Below, one piece after another: positions 19,310 to 29,099 of a DNA stretch of 64,000 bases; within the stretch, counting starts at the first letter, position 1; the number at the start of each line of letters is the position of its first letter. The notes beneath the pieces are model-generated. The model was not told the origin of the DNA. It did no database searches and saw only the letters and a program-made list of their open reading frames with translations. This stretch comes from an uncultured virus (IMG/VR IMGVR_UViG_3300017783_000009) (Duplodnaviria; Heunggongvirae; Uroviricota; Caudoviricetes), in the IMG/VR virus record IMGVR_UViG_3300017783_000009. One strand, written 5' to 3'. The position numbers and the translations under genes were made by a program.

Positions 19310-19990
19310 TTAGTAGTTTTTATTTTGTATTTCTTGATAAATTGATTCTGCAAATTTTTCCATAGCTAAAGGACCTGGATGATGATTATCTAATGCCTTA
19401 GGATAATTATCTCTCATAGTATCCATATCTGTTTTTAAGAAAGGCACTTCATTAAAAGATGCAACTCTGTCTGGCTCAGATGCTTTTAGGTTATATACTT
19501 TTGATACTCTATTATTAAGCCAGGTATTTGCATGTGCTACATGTAAATAATATTGTAAAGTCATATCGAGATCTGTGTGAAAATGTTCATACCACATGTG
19601 CATTAATTTGTCTTCGTCATTATAAAAACCTGGGTTTAAATTTTTCATGCCTACAGTTGTTTTTGATGTAGTATTTCTATATTCTTCTTTTTGATTAGGA
19701 TATATATCCCAATCTTGATAATCAACATCACCTCGATGGTCTTCGTATACAATACACCATCTATCCATATGTGTCCATAAAATTACCACTATATCATCTG
19801 GTTCAAAATTAGTTTCAAGAATATTATACCATATTCTTTTAGCACTAGCACCATTTTCACCGTTATTGACACATGTCTTATCTAATTTTTTTGCTAATAC
19901 ATAAGGCCAGCTTAGTTCTGAAAATTCAGTGTTTTCTTCGAGTGCTTGACCTTGTGTTAAACTACAACCAAATGTAACTAGTCTAGACAT
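19310..19990 (-). CDS. SGNH/GDSL-like hydrolase or acyltransferase
   Basis: Block I FGCSLTQG, block II NGENGAS, block V DNHHPG. Confidence 0.75.
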   Translation of the reverse strand: MSRLVTFGCSLTQGQALEENTEFSELSWPYVLAKKLDKTCVNNGENGASAKRIWYNILETNFEPDDIVVILWTHMDRWCIVYEDHRGDVDYQDWDIYPNQKEEYRNTTSKTTVGMKNLNPGFYNDEDKLMHMWYEHFHTDLDMTLQYYLHVAHANTWLNNRVSKVYNLKASEPDRVASFNEVPFLKTDMDTMRDNYPKALDNHHPGPLAMEKFAESIYQEIQNKNY

Positions 19991-19997
19991 ATAAACC

Positions 19998-21248
19998 TCA
20001 TTTAATTTTAGATTTTAATTCTTCAATTTGCTTTTGTTGTTCTTTTATTGCTTCAATAAGAACACCCACAATGTTTCCATATGCTACACTACGCATTCCA
20101 TGTTGATCTTGTTTTACAACTTCTGGTATAATTAATTCTACTTCTTGAGCAATAACACCAAGTCCTTGTTTTTGATCTTTCTCAAATGTAACTCCACGCA
20201 TTTGCATAACTTTATCTAAACTGTTTTCTATTGTCTCTATATTACGCTTTAATGCTCTATCTGAGTACGCAGTAACATCTCCTGTTGCTGTAAAATCACC
20301 TGTGTAACTTCCACTCATTAAAAATTCTGTTCCACTTAATGATAATCCATTACCTGCTGTATAAGCAGTATCAACATATGATTTTGTTGCAGCATGATTA
20401 GCATTTGTTGGAGCACCTGGAAGTGTTAAGGCTCCAGCCATAGTATCACCGGCTTTGCTTACTCTGGTTCCAAGATCGTTACTTACAGTTGTTGCAAAAT
20501 TTGCATCATCGCCTAATGCCGCTGCTAGTTCATTTAATGTGTCTAATACTGCTGGCGCCGAATCAACAACATTTGCTACCGCTGTATCTGTGTATGCTTC
20601 TAAATTAGTTGTTGCTGTTGCTATTTCTGCATCTGTGTATGCATTTGAAGTTGTGCTGCTTGAACTACTACTATTTGCAATTGCTGTAGTATATGCCGAG
20701 GTTATAGCTGTTTCTCTTGTATCTGTGTATGCTTTTGCATCTGTTTCTGCTGTATCAACATAACTTTCATCAGCATAAGAATTAGCTGTTAAGTAGGTAT
20801 CAACTCTTGTATCTGTATAATATAAATTGCTGGCTTCTGCAATATCATCTGTTGTAAGTGCGCCTGTTGTAGTAGAAACTGCTGCATCAGCATATGCTTG
20901 ATATGCCGTTGTAATTGCAGTTTCTCTTGTATCTGTGTATGAATTAGCTGTGCTTAGTGTAGTAGCATCACCTGTTGTTATTGCTGTATTTAATGTTGAA
21001 ATATCTGTCGCAAGTGCTCCTTGCGCTAATGCATCAGTAAAGTATAAATTAGTTGCGCCTTCTGCAATATCGTCTGTATCTAGTAATGCTATAGACTGTG
21101 TCATATCAACAGTAGCACCATCTAGTATAACGTTTTGTACTAATACTTTTGTAGCAGGATCTCCATCGCCTACTAATACAGGCATACTATCAACCTGAAC
21201 ATTTGTATTATTGTGTATTACTGTATCATTTACTATTTTAAAAGCCAT
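19998..21248 (-). CDS. Tail fibre with C-terminal intramolecular chaperone (peptidase S74)
   Basis: AYSDRALKRNI autocleavage motif, GVIAQEVE, C-terminal coiled coil. Confidence 0.88.
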   Translation of the reverse strand: MAFKIVNDTVIHNNTNVQVDSMPVLVGDGDPATKVLVQNVILDGATVDMTQSIALLDTDDIAEGATNLYFTDALAQGALATDISTLNTAITTGDATTLSTANSYTDTRETAITTAYQAYADAAVSTTTGALTTDDIAEASNLYYTDTRVDTYLTANSYADESYVDTAETDAKAYTDTRETAITSAYTTAIANSSSSSSTTSNAYTDAEIATATTNLEAYTDTAVANVVDSAPAVLDTLNELAAALGDDANFATTVSNDLGTRVSKAGDTMAGALTLPGAPTNANHAATKSYVDTAYTAGNGLSLSGTEFLMSGSYTGDFTATGDVTAYSDRALKRNIETIENSLDKVMQMRGVTFEKDQKQGLGVIAQEVELIIPEVVKQDQHGMRSVAYGNIVGVLIEAIKEQQKQIEELKSKIK

Positions 21249-21276
21249 TTTGTCTTCTCCAAGTTACATGTATTTA

Positions 21277-21726
21277 TCAAGTTTCTTGGTATTCGGACGG
21301 TATTAGCTGTTTCCATGCTGTACCGTTATAACCTTCAAACATTTTAGTTTCTGTGTTAAAATACATTTGTCCTTCTACAGGACTTGCTGGTCTATTAGCT
21401 GCTGTTCCTTTTGGTAAAACAAATGAACTATCAGCAGTTAATGAGGTTACTTCTATAGTATCTAATACCAATGTTGCTTTACTTATTGATGAATCTGTTG
21501 CACTAATATCATTTGTTGCTTGATTAGTCATATCAATACTATCAATTAAATAATATTTAGAAGTGTCACTATCTCTAATTAATCCTGTATATGTATCATT
21601 TCCTGTTCTACTTAAAAATCCAACATCTGTAGCTGTGGTGCCATCTTTGTTAAGGATTATTAAAGGATCTGTAAAAGCCGTTTCTGTGCTAACAAGATTT
21701 GTTGTTTGTATTTTTCTAAATGTCAT
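21277..21726 (-). CDS. Fibre-associated structural protein; start refined to MTFRKI
   Basis: LPKGTAANRP...GQMYFNT...FEGYNGTAW fibre motif; GGAG RBS; late promoter 21759-21766. Confidence 0.7.
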   Translation of the reverse strand: MTFRKIQTTNLVSTETAFTDPLIILNKDGTTATDVGFLSRTGNDTYTGLIRDSDTSKYYLIDSIDMTNQATNDISATDSSISKATLVLDTIEVTSLTADSSFVLPKGTAANRPASPVEGQMYFNTETKMFEGYNGTAWKQLIPSEYQET

Positions 21727-21785
21727 TGATATTTTCTCCAAATGGACTTAATATAATGTATTTATCATAAAATACTTTGTTTATA

Positions 21786-21816
21786 AAAAAAGAGAGTGCA
21801 ATTTCTCACACTCTCT
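21786..21816 (-). terminator. Intrinsic terminator
   Basis: AGAGAGTG...CACTCTCT inverted repeat plus U tract on the minus strand. Confidence 0.75.
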
Positions 21817-21836
21817 ATATTGTTAAGTAATATAAA

Positions 21837-23939
21837 TTACTTTTTTAGTTCTGCTACTTGTGCAGATAGTTCTTTTACTGCTTCAATTAGTAGACCAGTA
21901 ATGTTACCATAAGCAACATGACGAACTCCGTTGTCGTCTGTTTTAACTGCCTGTGGTAATACTGCTTCTAGTTCTTGAGCAATAACACCTGTTGATGTTG
22001 AACCGTCTTCGATACGATCAAAAGTAACACCACGTATAGCTTCAACTCTGCCTAATGCACCATCAATAACTTGAACGTTAGTTTTTAGTGTATCATCTGA
22101 GTATGCTGTAACATCACCAGTTGCTGTAAAGTCGCCAGTGAATGAACCTGACATAGCAACTGAAATACTTCCAGAACCAGTTTGGTTTGTAGAGAATGTT
22201 CCACCACCTGACATACCGTTGCCTGCTGTAATTGTAATTGTGCCGTCACCAATTGTTAAGCCACTGATTGCTGCTGTTAATTCAGCATCTGTTGCCATAG
22301 CATCTTGGATTTCTTTTAATGTATCAAAAGCTGCTCCTGCACCGTTTGTTACTGCTGAAATAGCCGCCGCTTGTGCCGCATCTGCTTTACTTGTTGCATC
22401 TGCCGCCGCTGTAGCTTCTGCTGCTGATTGTGCCGCATTTGCTTTACTTGTTGCGTCTGCTGATGCTGTATTAATTGCATCTGCTTCTGCTGTATCAGCA
22501 TATGTTTGTGCTGATGCAAGTGCTGCGTTTGCTTTTGAAGTTGCGTCTGCTGCTGCTGTTGTAATAGCATCTGCTTCTGCTGAATCAGCATATGTTTGTG
22601 CTGATGCAAGTGCCGCATCTGCTTTTGAAGTTGCGTCTGCCGCTGCTGTTGTAATAGCATCTGCTTCTGCTGCATCTGCTTTACTTGTTGCATCTGCTGA
22701 TGCTGTAGCTTCTGCTGCTGCTTGTGCCGCATCTGCTTTAGTTGTAGCATCAGATGCCGCTGTAGCTTCTGCTGCCGCTTGTGACGCATCAGAGTATGCT
22801 TTGTTAGCTGCATCAGTAGTTGCTACTGGTGTTGCTACTCCTTTTAGAACAGTGCTGCCTAATGTGATTGCACCGCCTGATCCCGGACGTAAGTTAAGAT
22901 CAGTTTGACCACTTACTGGACGGAATGTAGAAGCACATACTGTTGGATTACCACCATTATCTGGATCATCGCCAACAATACCTACGCCTTCATACTCAAC
23001 ATCACCATCTGCTAGGTTAATATTACCACCTGAACCTGCTTTTAGGTTAAGGTCTGCTTGACCTGCTGTTGGACGAAATGATGACGCACAAATTGCTGGG
23101 TTACCAGCATTGTCTGGATCGTCACCAACAATAACTGATGCTCCAAATTTTGCTTGAGATGTTGTATCTAATGTAAGATCAACGTCTGTGCCAAGAGCTA
23201 CGTTACCACCTGTAAATGAAGCACCACCTGACTGTAGTGTTGCTACGGCCGCGTCAGCATAGTTCTGAGCTGCTGTTTGAGCAGATGCAATATTTGTTGT
23301 TACTGTGGTAGCAAAGTTTGAGTCATCACCTAGTGCTTCTGCTAGTTCATTTAATGTGTCTAGCGCAGCTGGTGCTGAGTTAACTAAGTCTGCTACTGCA
23401 CTGTCAGCATATGCTTGATATGCTGTTGTAATTGCAGCTTCTCTTGTATCAGTATAAGCTTCTGCTTTTGTATCAACATATGTTTTGTTCGCCGCATGCC
23501 CATCTGCTGTTGGAGCAGAAAGGTTAATCATTTGGTTGTTGTCCATGTCAATTTTATCACCGAACTGAACTGGGTTACCAGCTGAGTTAGTGATTTTCTT
23601 ACCATCTTCCATTTGAAGAGTAGCTTTCATTTGCACATTACCTGTGCCTTGTGCAAAAAGTTCTAATGAACCTGTGCCGTGTGTTGTGATACGAAGATCT
23701 TGATCAGTATCTGTTGAAATAGTGATTGTATCAGAATCATCTTCAAGAACTTTCTTACCGTTAACATATAAAGATCCCGGACCAACATAAACATCTTTCC
23801 AGACTTTTGTTGGAGATCCAAGGTCATATGTATTATCAGCGGATGGCAGGATATCACCTGTCATCGTTAGGTCGCCAGTGATTACAGAATCGTCGTTTGT
23901 TTCAAAGCCACCATCGATAATAAATTTTTTCTGTGCCAT
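21837..23939 (-). CDS. Tail fibre with Ala-rich coiled-coil repeats and S74 chaperone
   Basis: AYSDDTLKTNV, GVIAQELE; repeated ADATSKADAA units. Confidence 0.88.
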   Translation of the reverse strand: MAQKKFIIDGGFETNDDSVITGDLTMTGDILPSADNTYDLGSPTKVWKDVYVGPGSLYVNGKKVLEDDSDTITISTDTDQDLRITTHGTGSLELFAQGTGNVQMKATLQMEDGKKITNSAGNPVQFGDKIDMDNNQMINLSAPTADGHAANKTYVDTKAEAYTDTREAAITTAYQAYADSAVADLVNSAPAALDTLNELAEALGDDSNFATTVTTNIASAQTAAQNYADAAVATLQSGGASFTGGNVALGTDVDLTLDTTSQAKFGASVIVGDDPDNAGNPAICASSFRPTAGQADLNLKAGSGGNINLADGDVEYEGVGIVGDDPDNGGNPTVCASTFRPVSGQTDLNLRPGSGGAITLGSTVLKGVATPVATTDAANKAYSDASQAAAEATAASDATTKADAAQAAAEATASADATSKADAAEADAITTAAADATSKADAALASAQTYADSAEADAITTAAADATSKANAALASAQTYADTAEADAINTASADATSKANAAQSAAEATAAADATSKADAAQAAAISAVTNGAGAAFDTLKEIQDAMATDAELTAAISGLTIGDGTITITAGNGMSGGGTFSTNQTGSGSISVAMSGSFTGDFTATGDVTAYSDDTLKTNVQVIDGALGRVEAIRGVTFDRIEDGSTSTGVIAQELEAVLPQAVKTDDNGVRHVAYGNITGLLIEAVKELSAQVAELKK
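22350..22790 (-). repeat. Degenerate coding tandem repeats (ADATSKADAA...)
   Basis: About 7 copies of TGCTTTxxxxGTTGxxxCx-containing units on the + strand. Confidence 0.8.
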
Positions 23940-24016
23940 TTTTCAAATTCCTTTTTGAATTTTGTAAACCTCGTGGTTTATGTAAAAGAGAGGGGTTACC
24001 CCCTCCCTGGCTTTAA

Positions 24017-27000
24017 TTAAACATCAATGTAAGTTGCAATAACCTTCACTGTTGCGTTACCTGAAGCTGTTGTATATTTTAGTTCTACATTAGAGCCATT
24101 CATAGCTACTGTTGCATCACCTAACAGAGCTGAACCTGTGTATACAAGTGCATATTCTGTAATGTATGCTGCAGAACCGTCATGCACAACTAGTGCTTCA
24201 CGTGTTTCGTATTCTCCGCTGCCGTTGTCTACCTGAATGATATACTTAGCTGAACGATATGATGATCCATCAAATGTATCAATTGTTGTTGCAGAGTTAG
24301 TTGCTGTTGTAGGTGTTTTCTGAACGTATGCTTTAATATTTGTAGCAAACTTATCAAAAGAAACTGACCCAGCTTGTAGTGACGGTACCGACGCTACTGT
24401 TGGGTTAATTACAACTGCCGCTGTTCCTACTGGAATAGCTGCTGCAAACGTAATTGATGAACCAGTAATTGTGTAGTGAGTTGTTGGATCCTGAATGATA
24501 CCACCAACAAATACTTGTGCATATGCTTGGTTAGCTGTGAACCCTAGTGAGTAAGTAGCTGTGTTGCTACCCGCAATAGTTGTTCTGTTGTAACCTGCCC
24601 ATGCTACTGTTGCTGGATCTACAAGTTCCATCGCATCTTCTGCATCATTAACTTGTAAGATATAGTTATCTTTACCTGAGAATGAGTTATCAGTTACGTC
24701 ATTTAGTGATAGAACTGAAATCTGTGAACCAATAGTTGCAGTAGTAAATTCACTATTACCTGCATCATATACTAGGATCTCACCGTCTGCTACTGATGAA
24801 GTATCTACATCTGATAAATCATTAATCGATGCTGCTGCAATACGTGCATCAGCACGTGCATTAGTAAAGTAAAGATTTGAACCTTCTGCGATATCATCTG
24901 TATCTAGTGCTGCGATTGTTGAGTTAAGCGAGTTAACTTCACCATCAACATAACCTTTTGTTGCTGCATCAGTGTTGTTTACTGGAGCACCAAGACCTGT
25001 GATCTGGTTTGTTCCCATAGCAATATCTGCTGACATTGTTGCACCTGCAAATGTTGGACTTGCTGATGTAGCAACATCTTGACCAATTGCAATTACACCT
25101 ACGCCACTGATTGTTACACCTGTACCACCTGATACGTGAGCTAATACTTCAGCTTGTGATGGACCTGTGTATGTGATTACACCAGTTGCACTATTGTAAG
25201 CTAATGAGCCGTCACCGCCTGAATCAGTTACAGAAATAGCACCACGTGCTCTTGCATCTGTAAAGTATAGGTTAGCTGAGCCTTCTGTTAATGCATCAGT
25301 GTCGTGATTTGAAATGTCTGATACAGTGCCTGTTACGTCACCAATTAGATCACCAACTACGTCACCTGTTACATCACCAGTTAAATCACCAGTTACGTCA
25401 CCTGTTACATCACCAGTTAAATCACCAGTTACATTACCTGTTACATCGCCAGTTACATTACCAGTTAAGTTACCTGTTACGTTACCTGATACACCACCGT
25501 TTGCACTGATAAGACCTGAAGCACTAATTGATGTGAAAGCACCAGTTGATGTTGTTGTTGCACCAATTGCTGTTCCGTCAATTGCACCACCGTTGATATC
25601 AACAGTTATAAATGTTGATGTGCCAGTTGATGTAATATTACCAGTTACATTACCAGTTACATTACCTGTTACGTTACCAGTTAAATCACCAGTTACATCA
25701 CCAGTTAAATCACCTGTTACGTTACCTGTTACATCACCAGTTAAATCACCAGTTACGTTACCTGTTACATTACCAGTTACATTACCAGTTAGATCTCCAG
25801 TTACATCGCCAGTTACGTCACCTGTTACGTTACCAGTTAGATCTCCAGTTACGTTACCTGTTACATTACCTGTTACATTACCTGTTAGATCTCCAGTTAC
25901 GTCACCTGTTACATCACCAGTTAAATCACCAGTTACGTTACCTGTTACGTTACCTGTTAGGTTTCCTGTTACATCACCTGTTACATCACCAGTTAAATCA
26001 CCAGTTACGTCACCTGTAAATGTAGCATCTGTACCATCTGTTCCATTTTCAAGAACTTTATTTGTTGCATCATCTGCATAAATGTCGCCAGTTAAATTAC
26101 CAGTGAACATTGCCGCTGCAACCGCTGACATGTTAACAGGAGCTGCTACGTATGCTGAGCCATCAAATACTTCAGCTGACCAACGATCATTTGTCTCATC
26201 CCATACAAATCTTGCATTACCTGATGTACCTCTTTCGACTTCAATACCGCCATCTTGTGATGGTGCACCTGTTTCGTCTGAGTTTAGAACAATGATATTG
26301 TCACCAATGTTAACTTCGTTTGAGTTAACTGATGTTGTTGTACCTTTAACTGTTAAGTCACCTTCAATTGTAACTTCACCATCAAAAGTAGCATCGTTAA
26401 ATGTAACGTTTGCTGTTGTTGCAACATCTTGACCAATTTCAATTACACCAGTACCAGCTGTATATGTTACACCTGTACCACCGCTTACTGAATTACGTGC
26501 GCGAGTTGTTGTATGATATTGGTTAGTTGAACCTTCTGCTAATGCATCAGTGTCGTGGTTTGAAATGTCTGATACTGTTCCTGTTACGTTACCTGTTAGG
26601 TTACCAGTTACATTACCTGTTACGTTACCAGTTAAATCACCAGTTACATCACCAGTTAAATCACCAGTTACATCACCAGTTACATCACCAGTTAGATTGC
26701 CAGTTACGTTACCTGTTACGTTACCTGTTACGTTACCAGTTAAATCACCAGTTACATCACCAGTTACATCACCTGTTAGATCGCCAGTTACATTACCTGT
26801 TACGTTACCAGTTAAATTACCAGTTACATCGCCAGTTACGTCACCTGTTACATCACCTGTTAGATCGCCAGTTACGTTACCAGTTAGGTTTCCTGTAACA
26901 TTGCCTGTTACGTTACCTGTTACATTACCTGTTACGTCACCAGTTAAATCACCAGTTACGTCACCTGTTACTGAGTTAAATGTAACATCATCTGTAGTAC

Positions 27001-28942
27001 CAACAGCTTGACCGATTGCAATTACACCAGCACCGCTTACTGTTACACCAGTTCCACCTGAAATGTGAGCTAATACTTCAGCTTTAGATGGGCCTGTATA
27101 TGTAAATGCACCAGTTGCATTGTTGTATGTTAATGAACCGTCACCACCTGCGTCTGTTACTGAAAACAAGCCTGTGATGTCTGTGTTATTGATTGTTAAG
27201 TCAATAGCACCAGCGTTAAATGATAATGCACTAGTTCCAAATGTTCCTGAATTGGACGCTGAAAATAAACCAGTAATGTCTGCTTCTGAAAGATCTGATG
27301 CAATCTCACCTGTTGCACTGTCGTATGTTAAAATAGTCATATCACCATCGTTAGCAACTGAGAATAGAGATAATAGGTTTGCTGATGTTACTTTTGTATA
27401 TGTAAAAGTGCCACCTGAGTATGATAAATCACCAAAACCTGTTCCTGTAGTAGCTGCAGCAAAGTGTGCTTGTGTTTCTGCTGCTGATGGACCTGTGTAT
27501 GTAAATGCACCTGTGCCTGAATCATAAGCAAAAGAACCGTCACCGCCAGCATCTACAGCTGATATTTCGCTGCGAATGTTTGCTGATGTTACTGGAGTAA
27601 AATCAATTACGCCTGTTCCTGATGTATATGAAATAGCACCATGTCCTGAGCCAGTGTTAGTAGCTGAAAGTGAGCCTCTTGCTAATCCAATTACTTCTGC
27701 ATTTGTACGTTCTGTAAATGATACAACACCTGTGCCTGCATCATATGAAAGATCGCCACTTGCTGAAATAGAATTACGTGCGCGAGCTGTTGTGAAGTAT
27801 TTGTTAGTTGCACCTTCACTTAGATCATCTGTATCTTTTGATGCAAGCTCATTGTTAAAGTCTACACCATCAAAGTGATCAGCTGTTGTAAATGTAGATC
27901 CATTCCATACAACTGTGTTACCTGAAGCGATACCTGTAATATCAACATCTGATAAAGCACCAATTGATGCTGCTGCAATACGTGCATCAGCACGTGCTTG
28001 AGTAAAATATAGGTTAGATGAACCTTCTGTTAATGCGTCTGTGTCATGGTTAGCAAGTGATGATACTGTACCTGTTACGTTACCTGTTACATTACCTGTT
28101 ACGTCACCAGTTAAATCACCAGCTACATCACCAGTTACGTCACCAGTTAAATCACCAGTTACATCGCCTGTTACGTTACCTGTTACGTTACCTGTTACAT
28201 TACCTGTTACGTCACCAGTTAAATCACCAGTTACATCGCCTGTTACGTCACCTAGTAGGTTACCAATAAACTGTCCACCTGTTTCTAAAATAAAGTTACC
28301 AGCTTTTATGTCTTCACCCTCGGTTGTCCAACGGTCGTCTGTTTCATTCCAGATGAAACGTTTGTCTCCATCTGATCCTCTAACAACGCTAATACCAGCA
28401 TCTAATGCTGCGCCAGTTGCGTCTTTTTGTAATTCAAGAATGTTATCACCAAGTGCAACTGTTGTTGAATCAACTGTTACTGTAGTACCTTGTACAGTTA
28501 AGTTACCTGTAACGATCATGTTACCAGAAGCAGTAACGTTTGTTGCAGTTAAATCGTCTGTTGATAGAACACCGTCAACTGTAACATCGTTAAATGTAAC
28601 ATCTTCTGTTGTACCGACGTCCTGTCCGATGCTTATCACACCACTTGCGACATCTACACCCGTGCCGCCAGTTATGTAAGCATCTACTGCTGACTCAACA
28701 CGTGCATTGGTAAAGTATAAATTACTAGAACCTTCTGCAATATCATCTGAATCATAAGCACCGATCAGATTAGCTGAGGTAATTTTCTTTACCGCGCCAT
28801 TAGCTGAATCGTGAACTAAGAATTCATCCGCTGCAATAAGAGTTGTAAGAGCACCTTGGCCTGAAATTGCGCTTACGTCTAGTTTGCTCGTGTTGACCGA
28901 CTGATCAGCTAGAGCAGGACTCTTAATTTGTCTAAAAGCCAT
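24017..28942 (-). CDS. Very long fibre-like structural protein with TG(D/N)(V/L) tetrapeptide arrays
   Basis: 1641 aa, Gly/Thr-rich; four repeat blocks separated by DTDxxxEGxxNLYFT modules. Confidence 0.85.
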   Translation of the reverse strand: MAFRQIKSPALADQSVNTSKLDVSAISGQGALTTLIAADEFLVHDSANGAVKKITSANLIGAYDSDDIAEGSSNLYFTNARVESAVDAYITGGTGVDVASGVISIGQDVGTTEDVTFNDVTVDGVLSTDDLTATNVTASGNMIVTGNLTVQGTTVTVDSTTVALGDNILELQKDATGAALDAGISVVRGSDGDKRFIWNETDDRWTTEGEDIKAGNFILETGGQFIGNLLGDVTGDVTGDLTGDVTGNVTGNVTGNVTGDVTGDLTGDVTGDVAGDLTGDVTGNVTGNVTGTVSSLANHDTDALTEGSSNLYFTQARADARIAAASIGALSDVDITGIASGNTVVWNGSTFTTADHFDGVDFNNELASKDTDDLSEGATNKYFTTARARNSISASGDLSYDAGTGVVSFTERTNAEVIGLARGSLSATNTGSGHGAISYTSGTGVIDFTPVTSANIRSEISAVDAGGDGSFAYDSGTGAFTYTGPSAAETQAHFAAATTGTGFGDLSYSGGTFTYTKVTSANLLSLFSVANDGDMTILTYDSATGEIASDLSEADITGLFSASNSGTFGTSALSFNAGAIDLTINNTDITGLFSVTDAGGDGSLTYNNATGAFTYTGPSKAEVLAHISGGTGVTVSGAGVIAIGQAVGTTDDVTFNSVTGDVTGDLTGDVTGNVTGNVTGNVTGNLTGNVTGDLTGDVTGDVTGDVTGNLTGNVTGNVTGDLTGDVTGDVTGDLTGNVTGNVTGNVTGNLTGDVTGDVTGDLTGDVTGDLTGNVTGNVTGNLTGNVTGTVSDISNHDTDALAEGSTNQYHTTTRARNSVSGGTGVTYTAGTGVIEIGQDVATTANVTFNDATFDGEVTIEGDLTVKGTTTSVNSNEVNIGDNIIVLNSDETGAPSQDGGIEVERGTSGNARFVWDETNDRWSAEVFDGSAYVAAPVNMSAVAAAMFTGNLTGDIYADDATNKVLENGTDGTDATFTGDVTGDLTGDVTGDVTGNLTGNVTGNVTGDLTGDVTGDVTGDLTGNVTGNVTGNVTGDLTGNVTGDVTGDVTGDLTGNVTGNVTGNVTGDLTGDVTGNVTGDLTGDVTGDLTGNVTGNVTGNVTGNITSTGTSTFITVDINGGAIDGTAIGATTTSTGAFTSISASGLISANGGVSGNVTGNLTGNVTGDVTGNVTGDLTGDVTGDVTGDLTGDVTGDVVGDLIGDVTGTVSDISNHDTDALTEGSANLYFTDARARGAISVTDSGGDGSLAYNSATGVITYTGPSQAEVLAHVSGGTGVTISGVGVIAIGQDVATSASPTFAGATMSADIAMGTNQITGLGAPVNNTDAATKGYVDGEVNSLNSTIAALDTDDIAEGSNLYFTNARADARIAAASINDLSDVDTSSVADGEILVYDAGNSEFTTATIGSQISVLSLNDVTDNSFSGKDNYILQVNDAEDAMELVDPATVAWAGYNRTTIAGSNTATYSLGFTANQAYAQVFVGGIIQDPTTHYTITGSSITFAAAIPVGTAAVVINPTVASVPSLQAGSVSFDKFATNIKAYVQKTPTTATNSATTIDTFDGSSYRSAKYIIQVDNGSGEYETREALVVHDGSAAYITEYALVYTGSALLGDATVAMNGSNVELKYTTASGNATVKVIATYIDV
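25325..28255 (-). repeat. Four blocks of 12-bp coding tandem repeats (about 25325-25490, 25630-26015, 26575-26970, 28065-28255)
   Basis: + strand unit ACC(A/T)GTTA(C/A)(A/G)T(C/T) repeated; encodes TGDV/TGNV/TGDL/TGNL. Confidence 0.95.
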
Positions 28943-29099
28943 TTAGATTTCTCCAATCAAATATATTTGATCGTATATATCTTTATATACGAGAGTTATT
29001 AAATTAATAACTACACGGGAGAACCGTGTAACAATATTTACCGAATTTTGTGATTGATTATGTATTATGATAATGACTGATACAAAAAAAGTTTTGTAA

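Noticed and set aside
22138..22908. Overlapping Ala/Ser-rich (+) and Gln-rich (-) ORFs
   Set aside because: Alternative-frame artefacts of the Ala-rich fibre repeats
19998..23939. Diversity-generating retroelement suggested by similar fibre C-terminal regions
   Set aside because: No reverse transcriptase in the window, both copies are coding, and the differences are not adenine-specific
25325..28255. Repeat arrays as a possible CRISPR or guide-RNA array
   Set aside because: Contiguous 12-bp units with no unique spacers, in frame within a CDS and varying at synonymous positions
25291..28679. Long + strand ORFs (PVTSPVKS..., LRHQLNHQ...) opposite the giant fibre gene
   Set aside because: Antisense shadows of the 12-bp coding repeats; no RBS or promoter
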